64,000 nucleotides of DNA, taken from positions 64,001 through 128,000 of the forward strand of contig JBCCHT010000013.1 in NCBI GenBank assembly GCA_039028615.1, written 5' to 3'. Origin of the DNA: Myxococcota bacterium. Its GTDB lineage: Bacteria > Myxococcota_A > Polyangia > Nannocystales > Nannocystaceae. Numbering within the stretch: the stretch's first letter is position 1; every line of letters begins with the position of its first letter. The translations under genes and the position numbers were made by a program. Below the pieces are notes generated by a model that was not told the DNA's origin, did no database searches, and saw only the letters and a program-made list of their open reading frames with translations. Of this stretch, positions 46,292 to 55,680 are shown one piece after another.

Positions 46292-47242
46292 TCACGGCTT
46301 CCACTGCAATCCGCGGGCGCCGGGGTCGAGATCGGGCGCGGCGGCGGAATTGCCCACCAAGCGCACGAGGACCTTGCCTCGGATCGCGTCCGCGGGGACC
46401 CAGCCGATGGCGCGAGAGTCGCAACACGCGCCGTCGTCCCGGTTGTCGGCGACCACCAGGAAGCCGGGGGCCTCGAGCTCGACGGGGCCGGCCTCGGCGG
46501 GGGGCAAGCCCAGGCCGAGCCAGGGGTCCGAGGGGGCGTCGAGGGGCACGAGGACCTGGTAACGGCGCTCCTCGGTGCTCTCGTAGGCCACCGAGCGCAT
46601 GCGCGGCGGCCCGGCGGGGCCCTCGGGGTCGTCCACGTCGTGCAGGGCCAGGCGTAGGGGCTCGGCGCTCTTGTGGGTCAGCGGCTGCCCTTCGATCGCG
46701 ATGCCGAGCACCGCTCCGGGCACATGGAAGGCCACGCGCTGCCCCGGGACCGCCAGCACTCGGCCCACGCGGAGCACGGGGGCTTCGTAGGTGGCGAGGC
46801 CGTCGCTGCGGTCCTGGACCTTCTGCCAGTTGTCCTCGAGATCCTCGGGATCGATGACCGCGGTGTTGCGCAGGTCTCGACCGGGCTCCTGGCGCACGTC
46901 GGGCAGCTCGTCGCCGTCGTGGTTGTCGGCGTCGGGGTCGTCGCCCTCGACGGGCTCGGGGGAGGCGGGCGCCAGCGGAGCGGCGGCTCCGGGCTCGTAG
47001 ACGACCACGTCGCCTCGCTCCACGCTCCAGCTGCCGCGCACGAGCATCACGTGCTCGCCGTCGAGCAGGGTGGGGGCCATGCCGTCGCCGTGGATCTGGA
47101 CCACGGTGGCCAGGCTGACGCGCGTCGCGATGAGCGCGATTCCTCCCACCAGGGTCATCCAGGCCAGGCGTGTCGACCAGCTCCGACCCGAGTGGCCTCG
47201 GCGGGGTAGGGGTTCCTCCTGATCAGGGCGTCGACGCAGCAT
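46292..47242 (-). CDS. S26 signal peptidase I homolog lacking the catalytic Ser and Lys
   Basis: TM helix, IHGDGMAPTL (box B), RGDVVVY (box C), VGRVLAVPG (box D), DNRD...DSR..G.V...I.GK (box E). Confidence 0.8.
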   Translation of the reverse strand: MLRRRPDQEEPLPRRGHSGRSWSTRLAWMTLVGGIALIATRVSLATVVQIHGDGMAPTLLDGEHVMLVRGSWSVERGDVVVYEPGAAAPLAPASPEPVEGDDPDADNHDGDELPDVRQEPGRDLRNTAVIDPEDLEDNWQKVQDRSDGLATYEAPVLRVGRVLAVPGQRVAFHVPGAVLGIAIEGQPLTHKSAEPLRLALHDVDDPEGPAGPPRMRSVAYESTEERRYQVLVPLDAPSDPWLGLGLPPAEAGPVELEAPGFLVVADNRDDGACCDSRAIGWVPADAIRGKVLVRLVGNSAAAPDLDPGARGLQWKP

Positions 47243-47918
47243 CGTGGGCCGGCTCGGTCATCGCTCGGACCCAGCGGCCCACATTGTCGACGACCTCGCG
47301 GCGGGGGCCAAAGAAACTGCGGATGGCGGCGAGTCCCCAGGCGCCCGCCTGCAGGCACGCGGGCGCCGTCTGGCCGGTGATGCCTCCGAGGGCGAACACG
47401 TGGGGCTCCCGGGCCGCGAATGCTCGCAGCGGCTCCAGGCCGACCGCCACCTTGGGCGGGCGGTCGCCCGAGGGGCCCGTCTGCGGCGTGAAGATGGGGG
47501 CGAGCACCGAGTAGTCGACCTCGGGTCCACCAGATCGAGGCGTGCCGTGGCACGAGCGGCCGAGTCGTCGCCGTGGTCCCAGGACACTGCGCGCGGCCGC
47601 GACTGCGGCTTCGCTGGGGTCGCCCCGCAGCTGTACGCCGACGATGCCCGCGGCCCCCAGCGCGGGCTCGAGGTCCTCCCGCGCACCTGCGTCGACGGAC
47701 AGCAGGCACGGAATCCCCGCGCGTTCACAGGCGAGCCTCAGCGGGGTGAGGCGATGGCTCGGCTCGACCAGCGCGGCAGGGCTCGCCCCGGGATCCCGCA
47801 GCAACACGGCCAGGCCCACGGCACGCGCGGGCGCCCAGGCCTCGACGAGGCCTTCGTCCACCGCGCCGTGCGGAGGGGTGATCGCCAGCAGCCGGAAGCC
47901 CGGTCGCCCCGCGCTCAC
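47223..47918 (-). CDS. thiE: Thiamine-phosphate synthase (ThiE/TenI family)
   Basis: GTG overlaps the thi[36 protein letters not shown]. Divergent, so it could be TenI-like. Confidence 0.75.
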   Translation of the reverse strand: MSAGRPGFRLLAITPPHGAVDEGLVEAWAPARAVGLAVLLRDPGASPAALVEPSHRLTPLRLACERAGIPCLLSVDAGAREDLEPALGAAGIVGVQLRGDPSEAAVAAARSVLGPRRRLGRSCHGTPRSGGPEVDYSVLAPIFTPQTGPSGDRPPKVAVGLEPLRAFAAREPHVFALGGITGQTAPACLQAGAWGLAAIRSFFGPRREVVDNVGRWVRAMTEPAHDAASTP

Positions 47919-48700
47919 TCGATGAGGCCGCCAGTGGGGCTCGACGCGTTGGCGTGGGCGCGAATTGGCATGCGCCCGGCGAGGTAGGCCTGACGCCCCG
48001 CGATGATGCCCATGCGCATGGCGTCGGCCATCCGCTCTGGCTCCTTGGCTTGGGCGATGGCGGTGTTCATCAGCACGCCGTCGATGCCCAGCTCCATCGC
48101 CTTGGCCGCGTCGCTGGCCGTGCCCACCCCGGCGTCGACGATGACAGGCACGGTGGCCTGCTCGACGATGAAGCCGATGTTGTGCGGGTTGCGGATGCCC
48201 ATGCCGCTGCCGATGGGCGCGGCCAGGGGCATGACCGCCGAGCAGCCCATGTCCTGGAGCTTGCGGCACACGATGGGGTCGGCGGAGACGTAAGGCAGCA
48301 CCTCGAAGCCCTCGTCGATCAGGATCTTGGCCGCGGCCAGGGTCTGCTCGTTGTCGGGCAGCAGCGTCTTGGGATCGCCGATGACCTCGAGCTTCACGAT
48401 GTCGGCGATGCCGAGCTCGCGGGCCAGTCGCAGGGTGCGGACCGCCTCGTCGGCGGTGTAGCAGCCGGCCGTGTTGGGCAGCAGCGTGTAGCGATCGCGA
48501 TCGATCCACGACAGCAGGTTGTCCTTGGCCGACAGGTCCACGCGACGCAGGGCCACGGTGACGATCTCGGCGCCGCTGCGCTCGAGGCAGGCCTTGGTTT
48601 GCTCGGCGTCCCGGTACTTGCCCGTGCCCACGATGAGTCGCGAGCGAAGGGTGCGTCCGGCGAGGGTCCAGGTGTCGTCGCTCGTTTGCTCAGTTGCCAT
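47915..48700 (-). CDS. thiG: Thiazole synthase ThiG
   Basis: [44 protein letters not shown]. Confidence 0.97.
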   Translation of the reverse strand: MATEQTSDDTWTLAGRTLRSRLIVGTGKYRDAEQTKACLERSGAEIVTVALRRVDLSAKDNLLSWIDRDRYTLLPNTAGCYTADEAVRTLRLARELGIADIVKLEVIGDPKTLLPDNEQTLAAAKILIDEGFEVLPYVSADPIVCRKLQDMGCSAVMPLAAPIGSGMGIRNPHNIGFIVEQATVPVIVDAGVGTASDAAKAMELGIDGVLMNTAIAQAKEPERMADAMRMGIIAGRQAYLAGRMPIRAHANASSPTGGLIE

Positions 48701-48703
48701 CGG

Positions 48704-48919
48704 TCAGCCTCCACCCACGAAGGTCACGATCTCCAAGACGTCGCCGTCCGCCAGCGAGCGAGCCTCGTGCTCGGCTCGGGGGACGATCTCGCGGTTGCGT
48801 TCGACCGCGACGTGCTCGCGTTGGAGGCCCAGGGCGGTCACCAGACCCGCCACCGTGGTGCCGGATTCGACCGCGCGAGCCTCGCCGTTGACGACGATTT
48901 GGAGCATCGAGCCGGACAT
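48704..48919 (-). CDS. thiS: Sulfur carrier protein ThiS
   Basis: VNGE, VAVERN, C-terminal EIVTFVGGG. Confidence 0.95.
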   Translation of the reverse strand: MSGSMLQIVVNGEARAVESGTTVAGLVTALGLQREHVAVERNREIVPRAEHEARSLADGDVLEIVTFVGGG

Positions 48920-49132
48920 ACCGCTTGGCTTCCCGGGTCGTCCAGCACCTGCGGAGCGGGCGCGGCGCGAGGTCGGCGCGGCCCGCTCCGAGGCAAATCA
49001 CCACGGTCACCGTGGCTGAGGCCACTCAGTGTGGTTTTTTCACAACATGCGATCTCCGCTGGATACAAACGTAACCTAGAGAATTTCTAAATGATCTCAG
49101 TATATTCCGTCGGCGTCGCAAAGTGTGCTGTA

Positions 49133-49148
49133 TGGCACGACTCCTGCT
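49133..49148 (+). promoter_or_regulatory. Sigma54 (-24/-12) promoter
   Basis: TGGCACG-ACTC-CTGCT with GG-N10-GC spacing, preceded by an AT-rich tract. Confidence 0.75.
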
Positions 49149-49160
49149 TTATGGGTCGAC

Positions 49161-49913
49161 ATGCCCATCGCCGCCGACGCCCGCCGCCCGATGATCCCGC
49201 TCGAGCGAATGCCCGTGCCCGACGTGCTCTCCTGCGTAGAGCCGTTCACTGCCGCTCGACCCCAGGAGATCGAAGCCCTCGCCAAGTCAGCCGTGCGCTT
49301 CCGCAAGGCTGCCAGCACCGTGCTGATCGGCGAAGGCCACGTGCCGGATGGTCTTTACGTCGTGCTCCGCGGCCGCGTGAACCTGGTGCGCATGGGCGAC
49401 GGAGGCCGTGACCTCATCCTCTCCACGCTCGGCCCCGGCGATGTCCTGGGCGAGAGCTGTGCCTTCGACCAGTCCGGCATGTCGACCTCGGCCGTCGCCG
49501 CTACGCCGGTCGAGCTGCTGCGCGTGCCCGCCGAGATCATCTCGGCCCACGTTCGCCGCGAGCCCGAGACCATGGTCCGCCTGGTGCGCCTGCTCAGCGA
49601 CAAGCTCCGCGACATCGAGAACGTGGCCAGCAGCCTGGCTCTGCACGACGTCGAAGAGCGCCTGCGCCGGACTCTCGTCCGCCTCGTGCGTCGCCAGGGC
49701 CGTCGGGCACCCGCTGCCAGCGGCTGGATCCTCGCCCCCGTGCCCACCCAGTCCGAGCTGGCGCGCATGGTCGGCTCCTGCCGCGAGACGGTCTCTCGCA
49801 CGCTGTCCGCCATGGCCCGCAACGGCCTGGTGAGCTCCAGCGGTCGCCGCATGGTGCTCGACGAGAGCCTGCTCAGCAGCGAGGTGGCCGAGCCCGAAGT
49901 CGCCGCCGCCTGA
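49161..49913 (+). CDS. Crp/Fnr family transcriptional regulator
   Basis: cNMP-like domain (LYVVLRGRV, GDVLGE); HTH TQSELARMVGSCRETVSR. Start may be 49191 or 49209. Confidence 0.92.
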   Translation: MPIAADARRPMIPLERMPVPDVLSCVEPFTAARPQEIEALAKSAVRFRKAASTVLIGEGHVPDGLYVVLRGRVNLVRMGDGGRDLILSTLGPGDVLGESCAFDQSGMSTSAVAATPVELLRVPAEIISAHVRREPETMVRLVRLLSDKLRDIENVASSLALHDVEERLRRTLVRLVRRQGRRAPAASGWILAPVPTQSELARMVGSCRETVSRTLSAMARNGLVSSSGRRMVLDESLLSSEVAEPEVAAA

Positions 49914-49987
49914 CGCCGCGGGCCGGCCACACGCGGGCGGTGACACCCGAAGGGCACGAGGACGCCACCGCGACCGAGCCGACCCAC

Positions 49988-50023
49988 GAGGGCTCCGAGA
50001 TCATCTCGGGGCCCTTCGCTTTT
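49988..50023 (+). terminator. Intrinsic terminator
   Basis: GAGGGCTCCGAGA-TCA-TCTCGGGGCCCTTC followed by GCTTTT. Confidence 0.65.
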
Positions 50024-50106
50024 GGTTGCTCCATGGGAATGATGCGCAGGCCGAGACCGTCGGGGTGCGTGCTATAAGCCCGCCAATGGGCGGAACGCAG
50101 GTCCCG

Positions 50107-51309
50107 ATGAGCCCGCTGCAAGCCGTCGTAGGTGCACCCCATGCCGAGCCTCTGGTCGAGGTTCGGCCCACGTACGCGCGCATCGATCACGCTGCGCTCG
50201 CCCACAACCTCACGCGCGTGCGCTCGCACGTGGGGCCCGGCTGTCGGGTGCTGGCGGTGGTCAAGGCCGACGCCTACGGGCACGGGGCCATCGATGCCGC
50301 CCAGACCTTCGTGGAGCACGGGGCCTGGGGCTTGGCGGTGAGCTTGGTCGAAGAGGGCGTGGAGCTGCGCGAGGGCGGGGTGCATGCCCCGGTGGTGGTG
50401 CTGGGCGGCGTGGTGCCGGGCTCCCAGGACGTCATCGTGCATCGCAAGCTGACCCCAGTGGTGTGGTCCCGTGAGCACCTGCAGATGCTCGCGGCCGCGG
50501 TGCGCCGGGCGGGGGCGCGACCCTTGTCCGTGCACCTGAAGATCGACACGGGGATGTCGCGGCTCGGGGTGCTGCCCGAAGACCTCGGGGGCGTGCTCGA
50601 CTGGTTCCGCTCGGAGGCAGGACGGCACTTGGTGCTCGAGGGGGTCATGACCCACTTCGCCTGCGCCGACGATCCCGACGACGACCTGAGCAACGCGCGG
50701 CAGCTGGCCAGCTTCAACGCGTGCCTCGACACCATCTCGGCGCGGGGGCTTCACCCCACGCTGCGCCACGCCAGCAACAGCGCGGCCATGGTGCGCTTCC
50801 CCAACGCCCGCTACGACATGGTGCGGCCCGGCATTGCGCTCTATGGCGCGGCCTCGGGGCGCGAGGTCGAGCTCGACGGGCTTCGCCTCGCCATGCAGGT
50901 GGTCAGCCGGGTGCTGGCGGTGCGGCGGCTGGAGGCGGGCGCTCGCATCTCCTACGGCGGTCGTCACCAGCTCGAGCGCGATGCTCGGGTGGCGGTGGTG
51001 CCGGTCGGGTACGCCGACGGCTACCCGCGCTCGATGTCCGGTCACGCGCAGATGCTGGTGCGCGGGCATCGATGCCGCGTGCTCGGCAACATCACCATGG
51101 ACGTGTGCATGCTCGACGTCACCGACCTGCCCGACGTGCGGGCGGGCGAGCGCGTCACCTTGATGGGGCGCCAGGGCGGCCAAGAACTCGACGTGCACAC
51201 GCTGGCGGAGTGGGCCTCATTGATCCCGTACGAGATCATGTGTGGGATCTCCAAGCGAGTGCCGCGTCACCGCACCGAGCCAGCAGCGGGTCAACGCGCC
51301 AGCTCTTGA
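50107..51309 (+). CDS. alr: Alanine racemase
   Basis: AVVKADAYGHG, KIDTGMSRLG, THFA, RPGIALYG, GYADG, MD. Confidence 0.97.
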   Translation: MSPLQAVVGAPHAEPLVEVRPTYARIDHAALAHNLTRVRSHVGPGCRVLAVVKADAYGHGAIDAAQTFVEHGAWGLAVSLVEEGVELREGGVHAPVVVLGGVVPGSQDVIVHRKLTPVVWSREHLQMLAAAVRRAGARPLSVHLKIDTGMSRLGVLPEDLGGVLDWFRSEAGRHLVLEGVMTHFACADDPDDDLSNARQLASFNACLDTISARGLHPTLRHASNSAAMVRFPNARYDMVRPGIALYGAASGREVELDGLRLAMQVVSRVLAVRRLEAGARISYGGRHQLERDARVAVVPVGYADGYPRSMSGHAQMLVRGHRCRVLGNITMDVCMLDVTDLPDVRAGERVTLMGRQGGQELDVHTLAEWASLIPYEIMCGISKRVPRHRTEPAAGQRASS

Positions 51310-51349
51310 CGCGCCGCGTCGCGACCGGTTCCATCGGCGTGTCCTCGCC

Positions 51350-54300
51350 ATGAAGCCGCGCATTCTCCTGTTCCTCGTCGTGCTCGCGCTCGCGGCGGGG
51401 CTGTGGTGGATGCTGTCGGGGCGCGGCGGCGAGCAGGCCGAGCGCGAGAGCACGGCCGAGCCGGTCGAGACCATCGATCGCGATGCCATCGTGGCGCGCA
51501 AGAAGCAGGCGCGGAGCGGCGGAGCATTCGATGCATCGCCGGCCGGAGCCTCGGGGCAAGTCCGCGACGCGAAGACCGACGCGCCCCTGCGCGGTGCGGT
51601 GGTGCTGCTGACGCCCAAGGGGCTCGACCAAGTCGCGCGGGCGATCGAAGCCGGCGAGCCCTCGCGGCCGCTGCGAGCACGGACGGACGCCGAGGGGCAG
51701 TGGTCGCTGAGCACACTGCCGCCCGGGCGCTACTCGCTTTCGGCGACCGGTCGCGGCTACCTGCCGGCCACGCGTAGCGACGTCACCTTGGTCGCGGGGC
51801 AGGACAACCCCGGCTTCGACCTCCGGCTCGTTCCCGGCGGCCACGAGGTGCGGGGCACCCTCTCCGATATCGGCGGCGGCCCGGTGGAAGACGTCCTCGT
51901 TCGCGTCACCCGGCTGGACGAGGGCAGCCCGTTCAACTTCGACCGGCCCGCGCTCGGGGCGGTGACCGACGACGACGGTCGCTTTCACGTCCAGCTGCCC
52001 GACGGCGTCTATCAGCTGACGACCTATCACCCGGACTACGTGGCGGCGAAGGAATCGGTGCACGTCGACGGGGGTCCGCGCTCGCTGGCGCTGCAGATCA
52101 TTCCCGCCGGATCGATCGAAGGGCGGGTCATCGCGCGCGCGACGGGCAAGCCGGTGGTGGGGGCCATCGTCAGCCCGCACCAGGAGCGCGACGGCGGTCC
52201 GCTGGTGCAGGGCACGGGAGACGGCCAGGTCACCACCGATGAGCAGGGCCGCTTTGCCTTGCAGGGCCTCGGCTCCGGCGTCGTGCGGCTGGCGGCGGTG
52301 GCTCGCGGCTACACCACGCGGCAGCCGGTGGAGGTCGTGCTCGGGGTGGCCGAGCAGGTCGCCGACATCGAGATCATCGTCGACGACGCCCTGAACATCT
52401 CCGGCTTCGTGGTGCCGCGCGGCGACGAAGAACGCGGGCTCGAAGGGGTGCTGGTGGGGGCGTACTCCGTGGACCCGGCGCGCCTCTATGTGGCCGCCGC
52501 CCCGAGTGCACCCGATGGGTATTTCGAGGTCTTCGGGGTCTTGCCCGGGCGCTACACGGTGGCGGCCATCGGCGAGGACTCCCTGCCCAACGTGCTGGGC
52601 GCGAGCGCGACGGTCGAAGACCAGGACGTCACCGACGTGTTGGTCATCATGGACGGCGGTGTGCACGTGCGCGGCCGGGTCTCGCCGCCCGGCGCCGCGC
52701 AGCTGAGCGTCGCCGTCGACACCGAGGACGTCTCCATCGGCACCATGATGGAGACGCTGAGCAACGCGCTGGTGCGCGCCCGCAGCGGCTCCGACGGCAC
52801 CTTCGACTTGCATCCCGTGGCGGCCGGCTCGATGACCCTCGTGGCCGAGGCGGACGATGGCAGCCGCGGGGAAATCTCGGTCGACGTGGGCGACCTCGAC
52901 GTCGACGGCTTGGTGATCGAGCTGCAGCCCCGCGCGAGCGTTCGCGGGCAGGTCATCGATGCGGCGGGGATGGCCGCCGCCGGTCTCGAGGTCTCGTTTC
53001 GTCGTCGCGATGCCGCGGCCGGCACCAGCTACTCGTTCGACATCAACGGGGCCGGAGCGCTGGGGCTCATCGCCACCACCGACGAGAGCGGCAACTTCGT
53101 GCGCAAGGGCCTCGATGCCGGGGAGTACGAGGTCAGCGTCTCCGCGACTCGGGGGCAGGTGCTCGAGTGGGCGCAGCCGGCCGATCCGGCCAAGCCCAAG
53201 GCGCCCATCTCGGTCACGGTGTCCGAGGCGGAGCGTCGCGAGGGGATCTCGCTGGTGGTCGAGGCCCGCGACGGACGGATCGCGGGGGTGGTGTTCGGGG
53301 CCGAGGGGCAGCCGGTCGCCGATGCGTGGGTCACCGCCGTGCGCAACGACTCCGCCCGCGAGTTCTTCGAGCAGCTCTCGCCGCTGCCGACGCCCAACGC
53401 CGACCAGGAACGGGACCTGCGGCAGTGGGAGCTACAGGGCTTCGCCGAGTCGCCCGTGCTGACCGACGAGGCGGGGCGCTTCGAGGTCGATGGCCTTCGC
53501 AACGGCACCTACCGGCTCCGGGCCGAGGCCCACACCGATGGTGCCCGCGGCTTCGTCGACGACGTGGGGCTGGGCTCCGAGGTCCGCATCGATCTTTCGC
53601 CGCTGGCCGGTCTGAGCGGGGTCGTCAGCTTCGGGGGGGAGCCGGTCCGCGAGTACTCGTTGGAGCTGCGAGGGCCGAGCCCGCGGCGCCAGCAAATCTT
53701 CGACGCCGAGGGCCGATTCTCCATCGAGCGGCTCGATGTCGGGGACTACGAACTGATCGTCGGCAGCGCCGACGGGACCGCCCACGTCGAGGTCGATGTC
53801 CTACCGGGCCCCCCGAGCCCGGTCACCGTCGAGATCGGCGGGTGGGGCACGCTGCGCGGGGTCGTGATCGATGCCGCGACCGGTGACCCCGTGCCGGACC
53901 TGGCCATCTCGGTGGTGGGCGACGGCGGCTCGGGTACCCACTCGGTGGTCGGGGTCTTCACGGGAGACGGGCCCAAGACCGACGAAGACGGGCGCTTCGA
54001 GATCGACGGTGTTCCTCCCGGCCAGGGACAGCTGTTCTTCTTCGACCGTGACGCGGCCGGCCTCGGCGGTGTCGTGGCGCAGGCCGACTACGACATCGAT
54101 CCCGAAGAGACCCACGACCTGGGGACGGTCAGCGGCGTCGCACCCAGTCACATCGACCCCGAGGAGCGCGGCACGGTGGGCCTGCAGGTACGCGTGGCCA
54201 CCTACGCCGATCGCCCCCGCGCGCCGCGGTCCGAGCACGACGAGGAGCGGGCGGTCTTCGACAAGACCCAGCGGCTGTGGATCACTCGCGTGACGCCCTA

Positions 54301-54505
54301 CGGTCCCGCGGCGTTGCAGGGGCTGGTGCCGGGCGACGAGATTCTCGCCGTCGACGGCACGAGCGTGGTGCGGATCCAGGCGCTCAACGCCGCGCGCTTG
54401 ATGTCACCGCAGAACCTCCGCATCGGCGACGATCTCGAGCTTCAGATCGAGCACGACGGAGACCGCCGCACCCTGACGCTGGTGGCCGAAGCGCAGAGCC
54501 TCTGA
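51350..54505 (+). CDS. Secreted or membrane-anchored protein with carboxypeptidase regulatory-like repeats and C-terminal PDZ domain
   Basis: Repeated TDxxGxF..L..G.Y units; PAALQGLVPGDEILAVDG PDZ motif. Confidence 0.85.
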   Translation: MKPRILLFLVVLALAAGLWWMLSGRGGEQAERESTAEPVETIDRDAIVARKKQARSGGAFDASPAGASGQVRDAKTDAPLRGAVVLLTPKGLDQVARAIEAGEPSRPLRARTDAEGQWSLSTLPPGRYSLSATGRGYLPATRSDVTLVAGQDNPGFDLRLVPGGHEVRGTLSDIGGGPVEDVLVRVTRLDEGSPFNFDRPALGAVTDDDGRFHVQLPDGVYQLTTYHPDYVAAKESVHVDGGPRSLALQIIPAGSIEGRVIARATGKPVVGAIVSPHQERDGGPLVQGTGDGQVTTDEQGRFALQGLGSGVVRLAAVARGYTTRQPVEVVLGVAEQVADIEIIVDDALNISGFVVPRGDEERGLEGVLVGAYSVDPARLYVAAAPSAPDGYFEVFGVLPGRYTVAAIGEDSLPNVLGASATVEDQDVTDVLVIMDGGVHVRGRVSPPGAAQLSVAVDTEDVSIGTMMETLSNALVRARSGSDGTFDLHPVAAGSMTLVAEADDGSRGEISVDVGDLDVDGLVIELQPRASVRGQVIDAAGMAAAGLEVSFRRRDAAAGTSYSFDINGAGALGLIATTDESGNFVRKGLDAGEYEVSVSATRGQVLEWAQPADPAKPKAPISVTVSEAERREGISLVVEARDGRIAGVVFGAEGQPVADAWVTAVRNDSAREFFEQLSPLPTPNADQERDLRQWELQGFAESPVLTDEAGRFEVDGLRNGTYRLRAEAHTDGARGFVDDVGLGSEVRIDLSPLAGLSGVVSFGGEPVREYSLELRGPSPRRQQIFDAEGRFSIERLDVGDYELIVGSADGTAHVEVDVLPGPPSPVTVEIGGWGTLRGVVIDAATGDPVPDLAISVVGDGGSGTHSVVGVFTGDGPKTDEDGRFEIDGVPPGQGQLFFFDRDAAGLGGVVAQADYDIDPEETHDLGTVSGVAPSHIDPEERGTVGLQVRVATYADRPRAPRSEHDEERAVFDKTQRLWITRVTPYGPAALQGLVPGDEILAVDGTSVVRIQALNAARLMSPQNLRIGDDLELQIEHDGDRRTLTLVAEAQSL

Positions 54506-54511
54506 GTGCAC

Positions 54512-55603
54512 TCAGGAGGGCTCGGGCTCTTCGGCGGCGGCTTCGGTCGCGTCGGCGGCGGGCGGTGCCTGCTCGGTGCTCTCCGCGGGCTCTTCACCGT
54601 CCGTGGCCGCCTCGGGTTCGGGCTCGGGCTCGGGCTCGGGTTCCGGCGCAACTTCCTCGGTCGCGCACTCCTCCGGCCCCACGTAGTCGGGGTTGCAGGG
54701 GTCCTTGATGACCTGCACGTCTCCGGTCACGGGCGCGATGAGCTCGGGTACCAGACCACGGAAGCGCGACCACTCGGCCCGCGTCTTGCGGAAGGTGATG
54801 CCGCGCTCCGGGTCGAACTCTCGCGTCTCGCGATCGAGCTCCGCGGGATAGCCCTCGGTGGCGAACATCAGCAGCGAGCGAATCTCTCGCTCGACCACGA
54901 TGGGCCCCTGCGCCGAGGCCCGCTGCTCGCGGCGTCGCTGCTCGACCATCAGCCGCGAAAATCGCTGGTCCTCGTCGCGGAGCTGGTACTGCCCCTGCAA
55001 CGTCAGCTCGTGGTCCATCTCCTGGCGCAGGCCGCTGGCCGTCTCGTGCGAGAAGCTCTGGCTCCACACGTCGTCGCGTCGCGTCATCGGCGTGGAGGGC
55101 AGGGGGACGAAGAACGCCTCGAGCCCCAGCAGGAGCGTCTCGATCACCTCGACGAGCTCGGGCGGCGCATCGGGGGGCAGGGCCGGCATCGCGTGCAGCC
55201 GTCCGTCGGGGCGGACGACGAAGCGCACCTGCATGCCGCGCAGGCGATCGTGGGCGAGCTCGAGCAGCTCGGCCGACGAGTAGGTCGCCGACGGCGGCAG
55301 GTCCCAGTCGAGGTCGATGCTGGTGAAGGTGGTGCGAATCTCCGTGCCCTCGGCCACCGGACCCAGCACCACCATGTTCACGTCGCAGGTGGCGGTCTGG
55401 CTCAGCGGGGCGTCGAGGCCATCGATGGCGCGGGTGTTGCCCACGTGCAGCTTGCCCTCGTAGCCCTGACCCACGGGCAGGTCGTAGGCCAAGCTCACCC
55501 CTTCGCGCGGGGTCTTGACGCGCTTGACCTCGGTCGAGGGGCTGCACCCCAACGGCGCGGCTACGGCGAACGAGAGGGCCAGCGCGAGGCGTTTCACGAG
55601 CAT
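54512..55603 (-). CDS. Hypothetical lipoprotein
   Basis: Lipobox PLGC; acidic PE-repeat tail. Confidence 0.7.
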   Translation of the reverse strand: MLVKRLALALSFAVAAPLGCSPSTEVKRVKTPREGVSLAYDLPVGQGYEGKLHVGNTRAIDGLDAPLSQTATCDVNMVVLGPVAEGTEIRTTFTSIDLDWDLPPSATYSSAELLELAHDRLRGMQVRFVVRPDGRLHAMPALPPDAPPELVEVIETLLLGLEAFFVPLPSTPMTRRDDVWSQSFSHETASGLRQEMDHELTLQGQYQLRDEDQRFSRLMVEQRRREQRASAQGPIVVEREIRSLLMFATEGYPAELDRETREFDPERGITFRKTRAEWSRFRGLVPELIAPVTGDVQVIKDPCNPDYVGPEECATEEVAPEPEPEPEPEPEAATDGEEPAESTEQAPPAADATEAAAEEPEPS

Positions 55604-55680
55604 GCGGGCAGCAGGGTACGCACGGCCCGCGCGGCCCGACAAGCACCACGGGCCAGGGCCCGGGTCACGCCCGCGATGGC

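Noticed and set aside
48920..49030. TPP riboswitch upstream of thiS
   Set aside because: Conserved CTGAGA and ACCTG...AATG...GGGA elements were not found.
49161..49913. Calling the Crp/Fnr gene mrpC
   Set aside because: Its recognition helix (RETVSR) is generic CRP-like and does not match MrpC as I recall it; orthology cannot be supported.
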